From Nymphaea colorata (Eukaryota), in assembly GCF_008831285.2 (NCBI RefSeq), contig NC_045138.2, positions 20,398,001-20,462,000 on the forward strand: a stretch of DNA of 64,000 nucleotides, in the 5' to 3' direction. A model generated the notes under the pieces. It searched no databases and was not told the DNA's origin. It saw only the letters and a list, made by a program, of their open reading frames with translations. A program made the translations under genes and the position numbers. Below, piece after piece: positions 1-12,263 of the stretch. Within the stretch, counting starts at the first letter, position 1. Each line of letters starts with the position of its first letter.

Positions 1-1163
1 AAACACTTGTTACAATGTTTTATGAATCGACACCAATTTCAAGGGTAGATTCATAAGATGGTAACAATATGTTATTGTTGCCAAATGGCCTCAATGCTAT
101 ATTCATGAGACCAGAATAGTGGTGGAGTAAGGATTTTTTAACTGAGAGTACTTCGGACATTGACCCGATAGAGTCTGGTGTGGGCACCATATGTACCTGA
201 ACCTCAGTTTGGTTTCAATTTGCATTAACTTTTTATGGGCACTGCTTACACCAGCCCACACATAGCTCCAAACTGGACTGGAACTCGAATCTGCTGTTCC
301 ACCAATGCGGCACAAGATAGACACTCGTGGAGATGCAGATAGTTCGATTAGGGGACAAGTAGAACACATAAAAAATGAGGTAGGAATTAGATGTGGTACA
401 ACCAAATTGAAGAAAATTCTTGTACCAAATTGATACTAGACCTTGAATTCTATATGCATCACGCAACCAGACATTTGGTTAGATCTTTCCAACTTACATT
501 ATTATAATAATCAAATAATTTCTGCTGCTTTTATGAACTAAATCAATTGATCTTGTGTTTCTTTCCTCGACAGGCATAGCAAAATTGGTTGGGCTGGTGA
601 GAGCCCCATTGTTAGTTTGATTTCTATGAGTGTTATTCATGTGGACTGCAGACAGTGACAGTCTAACACTTTAGTTGATGGTTGTACCATAGATCCACCT
701 AAGTCCTAAAGCAGCCATAGACTGCAAGTACAAAGGGAAGGGAAGAGGGTTTGGGTGGCTTCTACTCACCCAAATTAAACTTGTGTATCTTCGTTCCAAG
801 GTTTTCTTAGCAAGACTTTTTTTTTTCTTTTTTCGAAACAAAATTAAGATGATATATTTAGATATAGAAATGTGTAAAAAGTACGCATTTCTGATGACTC
901 TAGATGAAATCTCAACTCTGTCACTTTGCTTATTGAGCTTCTTCAATATGGTTCCTCATGTAGTGTGATGACTGGGTTTCTGTGAGAATTACTACCGCAA
1001 GCCTATTAAAGTAATACGATTGAAGTGTAATATAATTATATGTAGCATAAACATACATAATGCATTTCGGCAAACACAACTATATAATTGCTGATATGAT
1101 GTGCACATGACAAGCCCATGATTCCTCAAAATTGAATGTCAAGGTTTTGAAAATGTAGTTTAT

Positions 1164-1170
<7 letters not shown>

Positions 1171-1242
<72 letters not shown>
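1171..1242. repeat. (CA)n(TA)n compound microsatellite
   Basis: Directly visible dinucleotide run. Confidence 0.95.
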
Positions 1243-1244
<2 letters not shown>

Positions 1245-1453
1245 TCAAAATCAGGTAGGTTTTAAAGCCCATACTACAAAAATAACATATCATTCTGATA
1301 ATCTCAATTTACACATTTAAATCATTCAAGTAGTGCGGTACTTCAAAAGTTAAAAAAAAATGGTATATGGTGACATAAATATTTTGTCCTGCTCACAAGA
1401 AAGCAAGATACATTTAATAAGAAACATTAGTGCTTGCACCATGAAATCATGGG

Positions 1454-1574
1454 CAAGGGCAGAGCCAAAACTTTTTCATGAGGGGGGACAAATTAAAGTT
1501 TTTAAATTTTGACATAGGCTTAAAAAAAAAAGGTGGAGTTAGGGCCCATGCGCCCCACCCCGTCTCTACCCTTG
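1454..1574. mobile_element. Short hAT-type MITE (CAGGGGCGGAGCC-like termini)
   Basis: Termini caagggcagagcc / gtctctacccttg are imperfect inverted repeats; flanking 8-mers atcatggg / attatagg match 6/8. Confidence 0.55.
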
Positions 1575-1707
1575 ATTATAGGAACTTCTGACGGCATTAA
1601 TGTTCTTATTAATGTTCTTAAGATGGGTTCATAGACGAAAATTTGAGCATCAAACCAGATTAACAGGACCATTCTGCTCCATCTCGCGAACAAACACGTC
1701 CCCAAGA

Positions 1708-1887
1708 CAGTCGTAGAACCAGAAATTTTGGCTGGAGGAGTACTAATCTAAAACTTCTACGTTTCGAGGAACACTAACATATAGATAAATAATCAATTAT
1801 TTGAAGACAGCAATATAAAAATAAATGTATTTTGTGGGACTGGCGTTGGTAATTTTTTATACCAAAGCACATGTAGCTCCTCCACTG
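1708..1887. mobile_element. hAT-type MITE
   Basis: Termini cagtcgtagaacc / gctcctccactg; 8-bp TSD ccccaaga / ccccaaaa (7/8). Confidence 0.65.
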
Positions 1888-2859
1888 CCCCAAAAAGATG
1901 CATCTACAATGATGTGGACCGCTCATTCTATAGCATCCCCACAAGACCCATAAAATGTGTTTGTTTGATGTTTGCATCATTTTAGTCCATGGAACGTTCA
2001 CATTCCCCGGAATGATTCGACCAGCATCTTGTTCTATGCGTCCAACCAACATCCTTCTACAACCTGCCAAAAACAAACTTCATTTTTGCGTTTGATTTGG
2101 AAGATGGGTCCTAACCCTAGAAGAAGATAAGCCTAGAAGGCTTCTATAGTTTATAATAATAATATGAATTTCTAATCAAGGGTTGCATCACATTGAAAGG
2201 CTTCAGCTACCACACTGTGCTTAAATTATAGTAGCATTCCACTTTTGGGCAATATTGTGAATTCCATAGAAAGCAATTATTTGAATACCTTTATTTAAAT
2301 ATTCTCCAATAGCATATTTCAATTTGGTGCAATTGGGTTTTATTAAATTATTAAAACAGGTATGACATCCTAATTGAATTTTCATTTTAAAAAATTGTGT
2401 ACAGTATGATAGAGGATAAGATGAACTTCGAATCGATGCACCTGATCTTCTGATTCCTACGGCTTTAGAGGCTTGTTTGGTAGGCGGACATTTATTACGA
2501 CATGACCTTCGACATCCGAGTCCGTTAAGGGAATTCGTTAATAAGTTTTGGGTTTTCATGAAAAAACTCGTGAACAGTTTATCTGAAGTTCTTGACCACG
2601 AGCAGTGCTTGTTAAGATCGGTTTCTGAATTCAATGGGCTGGGAATAGGCCAACCGAACCTTTAAAAAATATTAAAAACCAATTAAAAAATACATGCAAA
2701 TTAATTTAGCATAAAAAAATCAGTATTAAAAAAACAATTGGAATAGGCATGGGATACGTGCACTTTTAATTGGCCATCAAATCAAATTTTATAGGTGAAG
2801 TATGAAAATTTTGGCTAAGGGCATCTAGTTACATAATTTTAAAATTTTAAAGAAGAAAA

Positions 2860-2955
2860 ACTATCATGAAGTTTTAATATAAAAATAAACACTACCATCA
2901 AGTTTTAATATAAAAATAAGCACTACCATGAAGTTTTAATATAAAAATAAACACT
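2860..2955. repeat. 31-bp tandem repeat x3
   Basis: Near-identical units such as actaccatgaagttttaatataaaaataaac start at 2860, 2891 and 2922. Confidence 0.9.
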
Positions 2956-4451
2956 TTTTGTGGGTGTGGGCAATTGTCCGCCCCCGGTTTTCCATTGATT
3001 CAATTCATTAATACGTGAGAAACTAGGGCGCTTGTGCATCGAGGAAGATATTTTATGCTACCATTAGATATTTACAAGCATATTTTGTCTTCATGAAACT
3101 TAGTTTGTATTGAAATTTTGCTTAATTGAGATTTGAATGAAAAATTTAAGTAAAAAACTCAAGAAAGATAAAAGAAAGCCAAGGGGAAAGAGTGCAACGT
3201 AACTATGCGAAATTTTGTAACACAAGAAAAGTTTAGCTCTTGATAAAATCTTTCATATGAAAAAAAGAATGCCTTGTGCGGAATCTTAGAGAAAATTGCT
3301 GAACTTCGTTTCGTAAAACGATAATATACAGTGTTTGGATGCGATATTGGTGTCATTAATCTTTAGCTAATAGATGGTGATGACTTGTGTATCATACTAA
3401 GATGTGATCATTTTGTCTATACTTTTTTATTAATCGTATCTTGTTCAACAGTAATCATAAATATGTAAACCAATCTGTTCCAAAATTTTAAGTGACTTCG
3501 TATATGTGAGAGTTATACAAGTTTTGATGATAAAACTACTGACTTTTTAATGTTGTTAAAAGCATTCCTATGCTTCACGGTTAACTAATTACAAGGATTC
3601 ATGAGCTTATTTTTGTCAAGTGAACCATTAAATTAATCAAAATGACCATTTTCCTTTAAAAAGTACATAATAATGCTTAATTTTTTAATATGCATGAGTT
3701 TATGTTAAGTATTTTGGAGCAGTTGAAGAACATTATCATATATTATTGGATATATCTAAACATGCAATTTTACCCAATATGATGAAGTGTATCTTGCTGT
3801 ATTAAGTTTGTCTCTATTGGAAAGGGAACTCTTTTATTAGAGCATATACAAAAAAAAAAAAGATTAATTGCTAGAATCCATGGCCGGGGAAGTAGTTGGT
3901 CACTAGCTGCTACTGGGATGAGTAGAAGCCGCTCAAAGAAGGGCCGAAATCTTCTCCCTTCAGCTCCTCTCCCAGGGAAAAATGCAACTTCGGAACCTAC
4001 GTGGACCTGTAGTATAAATATCAACTAGAGTATCACACAGTTACCATTTATAGTTTAAAGCTATAGCGCTTACGAAAATCAACCTGACAACTCGGCTCCC
4101 ACCAGCTGCAAGGATATCAATCAATTTGAGAAATGAATCGAACACATGAAATAAAAATAAGATTAAAAAAAAAAACCTAGGTCAAAAGTGAAAAGGAAGA
4201 AAAGTGTGAAAAAAAAAAGTTAAACAATATTAATGGTCTAATTGGTAGGATTGGTTGATTCAAAATAGATCACATGTAGAGCAGCTTTGTTAAATAGTGA
4301 AAAATATATTGTTGAATAGGTAATGACTGTGCATGTGATTATGTTAGACGCAACGGACTTAGTTGGCACGTAAAACTATTGTATTGATAATTGATCTACC
4401 ATACTATACGACAAGAGTTAAGTGGACTCATGTCTATATGTCTATACATGT

Positions 4452-4695
4452 CATAGTTGGTAAACCCATGACTCGGACTCAAATTAGCTAATGACCAGGT
4501 CATCGAGTCAACAAGTTGACTTGTCGACTCGGTCGAGTTTTAAAATAACCTGAATTGGGCGAGTAAGGACTAGTCAAGGCTGAGTTAGGCCAAGTTAGGA
4601 TGGGTCGAGACAACCTTGACTCATGGCCAGGTTTTCTAACGATCCGAGTTGACTTGGGCGATTACTGAGCCAACTCGACGAGTCAGCCAACCATG
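4452..4695. mobile_element. hAT-type MITE rich in GAGTC/GACTC subterminal motifs
   Basis: TIR catagttggt / gccaaccatg; 8-bp flanks atacatgt / ctacatgg (6/8); repeated cgagtc/gactcg motifs inside. Confidence 0.6.
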
Positions 4696-5140
4696 CTACA
4701 TGGACCTTTGGAAGGCATTTGGTAACAGTAACACTGCATTTGTTGGCACTTAGTATTTTAAGAATGTCTAAAGAGCACAGTGTTCCTGTCACCAAGCACC
4801 CTCTTTCTAAACTCTTCTTTCCAAACATGCAGTTCAGCAATTGTGGATATTAATTGTTCTTTTTAATGCTAAGCATGTGGTTAAGCCTTCCATGAGTCAC
4901 TTGTAACTCATTAACAAAAAAATAAAAGATCAACTGCTTATGTATTGAATTCCTATTACCATAATTTATTTACCAATTAGATTCTACAATCTCGTTATAA
5001 TAATACTTCTCATAATCAAGAGAAGCTACTTAGAGGTATTCTCCTAATAGGTACCATAGATAATCACATATCAACATGCCTCGTAAGAACGGCACCACAA
5101 AAAATTCAAAGTACAAATTGACGCAAAATGAAACTTAAGT

Positions 5141-5378
5141 CCTCTGGCGTAGCATAGGTGGTTGGGTTGGCATGCTAGTGAAAGTCCGGTCATCAGTTCG
5201 ATTCGCATATGTACTACTCACTTGAATTGCAAACAGTAGTAGACGCTACTATCAAGTTGAAAGGAATAACCATAAGTTCACCCCAGCTCTTAATGTAGCT
5301 CTAGAATCTAGATGCAGGGGAAAGGATGACTGACTTTGGCCTTTTACTTAGGTAGTGGGGTTCCCTCCCATTCATCCG
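5141..5378 (+). mobile_element. tRNA-derived SINE (about 240 bp) with 16-bp target-site duplication
   Basis: Perfect direct repeat aaaatgaaacttaagt at 5125-5140 and 5379-5394; the 5' end has Pol III A-box-like (tagcataggtgg) and B-box-like (agttcgattcg) motifs at tRNA-like spacing. Confidence 0.7.
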
Positions 5379-5903
5379 AAAATGAAACTTAAGTTAGGAT
5401 TTTGCCTCAACATTTCTGGTTGTCTCATGGTCTTGTCCTCATCAAAGCAATTCTCCAAGAAAAAAAAAATGCTTAACAAGAATCACAAGTAGCTGCCAAC
5501 ATTAGAATGGTTTTGCAAATCACTACCCAAATTTTAAGAATTTACAAATTTATGCCAGACTAAAAGAGAAGAACACCTTAAACAAAATCAATGTAAAACA
5601 CTAATCACAGGGATGTAGTGGATTCTCCCTTTTCAGAATGTTGTCCTCTAACATTCTTTGACATTCTTGCTTGGTAAAATTTTAGGGTGTGTTTGGATGA
5701 CACCCTTAAACGCCGTTTTGGAGGTGTTTAGGGTTTGTTTGGGTTATGGTTGGAACAGGGTTTCTAAAAAATCCAGCTTTGACAAAACTACGTTTTTAAA
5801 AGCACATGAATTGGGTCATTACTGGAATAAAATGTGAAACACCATTATCTAGTGTAGCAAAACACAAAAGATCAAGAGAATGAACATTGGGTCAAAAAGG
5901 AAG

Positions 5904-6045
<142 letters not shown>

Positions 6046-6794
6046 TAAGTAAACTAATGGGGCAATTTGTTTGTTGGAAGGAGGAATAAAGACTGTTTGT
6101 GCTTTTTTTTTTTTTGGATGATGGGTTGTTAACTTTTTGCTCATTGAGGATGGTGAGTTCATTTGCTCTTGTTAAACTAAGCTAGAGTTCATGAATGAGA
6201 ACGACCTAGAACTACCACAAGAGTATGTCGCCTTTGTGGTTTAACTCGAGAGGTTGTGAAAGAGTTCTCCCCACTTTGGCATGTGACTGGGCTGAAGCCA
6301 CAGCAAAATGACTCCTCTCAATTGAGTACTTTTTGGGTAAGTGGGGTTTTCGACAGAAGTCTGAAGCTTCCACTCATTTTTTTTATCTTTATAAGGTACA
6401 AGGTCTGCTTTTGGTGCCTCTGTCATGTTTCAACTTACATGTTGGTGGCCACTTTTTGCAGCACAAAGGGTTGATGCCACGAAGATTTCAAACAAAAACA
6501 AACTGTCTATAGCTTTCACCTGGACTGATTGCACCAACCCCCTCGGATATCCCTCAATTAAGTATTTGAGCACAAAATTGAAAAGGTCTACTCATACTTG
6601 GGAATAGTAAATGTTGGATTTTTTTAAATACATTTTCAAGTAAAAAGGCAATAATAGTGCACATAATACAAAAAAATAGAAACATACAATATTCCTAGGT
6701 ATGCCTATATAAAGAGCGACTAGCCTATCTATCTGCTAAAATAAGAGAAGCTACAAAAGCTAAGAAAATGAGTATTATTAAAATTTGTTTCTTT

Positions 6795-6831
<37 letters not shown>

Positions 6832-6891
6832 GTAAGTTTAGCTAACATGAAAAAAAATAAAAAGTGACATTAGATGATGAAAATATACATT

Positions 6892-6973
<82 letters not shown>

Positions 6974-7064
6974 AATGGTAACTCTCAATAGTCATCCAAT
7001 TGTTTCACGAAAAGAAGTTTGATAAGAAAACAATGAAAAAAAATATGTGAGCCAATTGACCAAC

Positions 7065-7146
<82 letters not shown>

Positions 7147-8128
7147 CACTTTAATTTTTTACTAAAAGATATTTTAAATGAAATATAAACATCTTTATAT
7201 ATCTATAAAAATAATTTTGGTATAAAACATAAGTTGTTTTATGAAAAAATTGGATTTTTTTATCATGCATCAACATATTTTTAAAATCATATAAGTAAGG
7301 TTGGATTGCAAAAAAAGACATTTTAAACATCAAAACTAGGGCATCTAGTTTTTATTCATGACCTAAGCATTTGGTTTCTACCAATTTATATATAATTAAG
7401 AAATGATTGGTTGCTGCATTGGCCTTAAAAAAGTTTAAATTTAAATTAATCTTCATGTCAGCAACACTAGGTAAAGTTTTTCTTTTAACATTCGTAACGC
7501 CAATATGGGAGCTTTTGCTCATAACATCTAGTTTAAATTTAAAAACCATCTTATATAAACTATTAAAATTTGAGTTGAAGAAACATCTTTAGATTCGATC
7601 TGTTGCAATGAATATAAAGGAAAGTATATAAAGAAGCAAAAAATCGTGCTGCGTTTCCGGTTTCTTCTGGAGACGGAAAAATTTATTACACTAAGAGAGT
7701 TTCTTCGGCCCCAAGTTACGAGCGCCGGCCCGTGGGCCTGTGGCTGTTTCTATAACGGCTCAGGATGCTGATAGGTCCGATTCGAGTCGACGTTGTAAGT
7801 GGGACACGCCACGATCCTAACTAGACCACGCGCCCACACCCACCTAACCAGATGGTCTGAGCCCACCGGGATTGACTCTTTTTATTTATTTGTTATTTTT
7901 TAAACCTTGCGGAACCCAGACCGAACCCTGGGAGCGGAAAGCTTGTCGGCAAGAAGACACGATACGAGTCGATAATCAGACGCGACTCAATAGCGGAGCG
8001 AATCGTCTTAACCACCGGGACTGCTCCGGAAAGCCCTGTATTTATTTGCGTTCTGCGACTGGAAGCGTCTCGATCCTCGTTGTCGCCTGCGTCTTCCCCG
8101 TAGAGAGAGAGGGAGAGAGAGGGAGAGG

Positions 8129-8343
8129 ATGGATGAGGAGAAACGGTGGCGGAGGAGAACGGGGGATGAGGGATTTAGAGGGATTGGTGAAGGAGGGGAT
8201 GTGGCGGAGGTGGGTGGATCCGGCGATCGGTGTTCCATGAGGAGGGTGGTCAAAAACCACTGCTGGACGGAGGAGGTCGAGCCGGGGAATTTCGTGCGCA
8301 AGTGCGAGAAGACGCAGCAGCTCCTTCGCAAATGCGTCGGAAG
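8129..8343 (+). CDS. Duplicated coding exon 1 of the Mal d 1-associated-protein-like gene (alternative first exon or pseudo-exon)
   Basis: ATG at 8129, open frame, donor AG|GTCGGT at 8343/8344 in the same phase as the 12264-12478 copy; three substitutions seen in 215 bp; no private exon 2 in copy A. Confidence 0.6.
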
Positions 8344-10010
8344 GTCGGTTCCTACCTTTCTTTTCTCTTCCTCTTGTTTTTTGCTCGGAGTCGATTGTTG
8401 TCGTGCTTTTCACAAGCCTGTGTGTTGTTTATTCATTTACCCTTGATGCCGGCAAGCATGTAGATTCCTTTGAATCAAAGACTGGGTACGTCCTCTCCGT
8501 TCTTCTTCCTTGCTCGTTCTGAGGATGCTTGTCGTTCTCTCATGGGGTTTCTGGAGGTGTAATGTCCAGAAGTGCCGAAGATCCTTTTCATGTCTTACTG
8601 GATTAGGCTACATTTTTTCGTTATCCTTTCTCTTTCTCTTTCCCTAATTTTACCCATAAAAGGTTTTTGGTGATCTGGCTTTTCTGAATTTGTTCCATGC
8701 ATTCATTTGATGGTTTTTCATTTTAAAGACCCTTAGGAAAGAGGTCGTGGATTCAATACCTGGTGCTTTTGCTATGAGTTGGCGCCTATTGAACGGTACT
8801 GGAGAAGGGGCATATTCTAGTTTCGCTAGGTAACAGAGCTACAGGATGGCTTATAGATTTTAGCTAATTGAATACAAAAAACTATTTTTTAAGTGCGAAT
8901 TGTTTGCACTTCTTTGATTGCTGCCAGAAGAATATGGTTTGCTTGCTTTGTTAATTCTAAAACACTGTGTTATGCTTTGTCTCGATTTATTATTCTGACG
9001 TTAGGTGCTGAAACTTTGCTCTAGTTTGATCTTTCAACTGTGTAAGTTTCTTGTACGGTTATCTAATTCAATATGTTCTTTTGTCCATCTAAACAATGCT
9101 TTTAGCTAGCCAAGAACAGCAACCATAGTTAGAGCAGACTTGTTTGCAACATTTTTTAGATCTAGAATAGGATGCATATTCTAAAGATTTTTTGATCCAA
9201 AAAGTGAAAAAATTCATAGTGCAAAAACCAATGACATTAACTGCCTAAGAAAATGATAACACCACAGTCCTCTGGTGTTTGAACTTTGAAGTGTTCAGGT
9301 GAGTCCTTTTGAATTTGTAAGATAGTGATACAGAGTAGAAATTTTTGTGGAACAAAAAGGGTGTCAGCCACTAAGAGGATTAGATGTGCGAACAGGCATG
9401 TCTAATAGGTTTCTCTTCTCCCTCCCTGTTATAATGTTTAACATAGTTATTATCTTTCTCTCTCTCATGGCTCCTATCTCGATGAATATGAAGGAATTAT
9501 CTGCAATAAACGAGTCTAAATCTGAAAGGAGGTCCGTGCTTTCCATTTTACTATATGTTTGTGCACACAGTGTTTTTAGTTTCTGAACCTGACCTTGGGT
9601 TGGGATTTCATTTGTCATGAATTGTAGGCCTCATGAATATATAAATAAATATAAGGGGCCATTTTTTTTTGTTTGTGTAAACTCAATTCCATAGATTATG
9701 AAATGTCTATATTTTGTCTATATAAGTTAGGATTTTGCCTTAACATTTTTTGTAATGCCTCATGGTCTTGTCCTCATCAAAGCAATTCTCCGAGAAAAGA
9801 ATGTTCAACAAGAATGACAAATAGCTGCCAACATTAGAATCGTTTTGCAATTCACTACCCAAATTTTGAGAACTTACAAATTTATGCCTGATTAAAAGAG
9901 AAGAACCCCTTAATCAAAATCAATGTAAAACACTAATCACAGAGATGTAGTGGATTCTCCCTTCTCAAAATGATGTTGTCCTCTAACATTGTTTGACATG
10001 GTAAACTTTT

Positions 10011-10300
10011 AGGGTGTGTTTGGATGACACCCTTAAACGCCGTTTTGGAGGTGTTTAGGGTTTGTTTGTGTTATGGTTGGATTCTGGAACAGGGTTTCTA
10101 AAAAATCCAGCTTTGACAAAACGACGTTTTTAAAAACACGTGAATGACTGGCCCGGCTCTTGGGTTTCCTATAAAAAACATAATCTAGGTCTTATCAACC
10201 AAATGTGCAAACCATGTTAAAAAAAAAAGTTAGAAACCCAATTTCCATAATACCTAACTTTTATAAATGCACACTTTTTGAGGTGTCATCCAAACAAAAT
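10011..10300. mobile_element. Tourist/PIF-like MITE (truncated counterpart at about 5685-5810)
   Basis: Long TIR gggtgtgtttggatgacacc / ggtgtcatccaaacaaaat. Confidence 0.65.
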
Positions 10301-12263
10301 CTTGTGAGAAAAGACATGAAAATTGTTGCTGACTGAAGTTGAGGGAAAATGGAAAGTTAGCAAGAGGTTTTCCTTCAATGTGCATTAAGGAACAAGTGTG
10401 TGAAGAGATTGTAGTAGGACTAGTGCCCACAATTATTGGAATAAAATGTGAAGCACCATCATCTAGTGTAGCAAAGCACAAAAGATCAAGAGATTGTTTG
10501 TTGGAAGGAGGAATGGGGAGCGCTTGTGCGTTTTTGTTTCTTCCGATGATGGGTTGTTAACTTTCCCTTCATCCAGAAGGGAGGGAGGGTGAGTTCATTT
10601 TCTCTTGCTAAACTAAGCTAGAGTTACATGAATGAGAATAACCCAGAACTACCCCAAGAGTATGTTGCCTTTATGGTTTAACTCGAGAGGTTGTGAAAGG
10701 CGTTCTCCCCCACTTTGGCATGTTCTCCCCACTTTGGCGTGCAACTCGGCTGAAGCCATAACAAATAGTTGAGTACTTTTTGGGTAAGCGAGGTTTTCTA
10801 CTGTTGGTAGAAGCGTGAAGCCTCCACCCATTCCCTTATCTCCATAGTCCATAGGGTATAAGGTCTGCTTTCGGTGTCTTGGAGTGTTGCTCATGTCATG
10901 TTTCAGCGTACATGTCGGTGGACCTTTTTTGCAGTTACAGAGGGTTGATGTCATGGACATTCAAAACAAAAATTAATTGTCTACTAGCTTTGGGCAGTTG
11001 CACCAACCCCTTTGGACATAGTGCTTGAACACATAAAAGGGTTCACTCATAGTTAAGAATAGTAAATGTTGGATTTTTTTAGGACTTTTTCGAGGAAAAA
11101 GGTAATTATAGTGCACATAATAAAAGAAAATATGAGCTTATATGATTCCTACATATGCCAACTAAAATGTCTAAAAAGCTAGAGTTATATATGTATAAAG
11201 AGAGAAACTATTGGAAACCAGACATTTTAATTTTTTACTGAAAAGATATTTTAAATGAAATATGAACATCTTTATATTGATAAAAACTATTTTATATAAA
11301 ACATGCTTTCATTGAAATTGTTTTATGAAAAATATGATTTTTTATTATGAAAATACTAATTATATGGAAACTATTTATTTTTTGTTACTATAAAAACACA
11401 AAGTCTAACAAATGACCAACTTGATATAGTTCTGCATCAACATATTCTTGAGATCATATCTGTAAGGTTGGATTGTCAGAAAAGACATTTTCAACATTAA
11501 AATTAAGGCATCTAGTTTTTATTCCAGACCTAAGCATCTGGTTTCTACCCTTTTTTATATATAAATAATTAAGAAATTATTGGTTTCTGTATTGGCCTTA
11601 AAAAAGTTTAAATTTAAATTAATCTTCATGTCAGCAACACTAGGTAGAGTATTTCTTTTAACCATCATAACGCCAATGTGGAAGCTTTAGCTCATAAAAA
11701 CCATCTTTATAAACTTTTAAAATTTGAATTGAAGAAACATCTTTAGATTCGATTCGTTAAAATGAATAAAAAGGAACATATATGAAGAAACAAAAAATCG
11801 TGCTACATTTTCTGTTTCTTCTTGAGACGAAAAACATTTATAACACGAAGGGAGTTTCTTCGGCCTCAAGTTACCTGTGGCGGTTTCTGTAACGGGCTAG
11901 GATGCTGATAGGTCCGACTCGAATCGACGTGGCAAGCGAGACACGCCACGATCCTGACTAGACCACGCGCCCACACCCACCTAACCAGATGGTCTGAGCC
12001 CACCGGGTTTGACTCTTTTTATTTATTTGTTATTTTTTAAACCTTGCGGAACCCATACCGAACCCTGGGAGCCGAAAGCTTGTCGGCAAGAAGACACGAT
12101 ACGAGTCGATAATCAGACGCGACTCAATATCGGAGCGAATCGTCTTAACCACCGGGACTGCTCCGGAAAGCCCTGTATTTATTTGCGTTCTGCGACTGGA
12201 AGCGTCTCGATCCTCGTTGTCGCCTGCGTCTTCCCCCGTTCCCCGTAGAGAGAGAGGGAGAGG

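Noticed and set aside
103..405. Exon-like stretch near the window start (LQTGLELESAVPPMRHKIDTRG...)
   Set aside because: No recognisable family and no consistent partner exons; cannot be supported.
3860..4110. GC-richer segment with minus-strand splice-like signals
   Set aside because: Multiple stops and no identifiable homology; possibly a decayed transposon gene but not assignable.
7872..8463. Overlapping alternative-frame and antisense ORFs around both exon-1 copies, CPK exon 1 and the PPR gene
   Set aside because: Shadow ORFs of GC-rich real exons, with no recognisable motifs.
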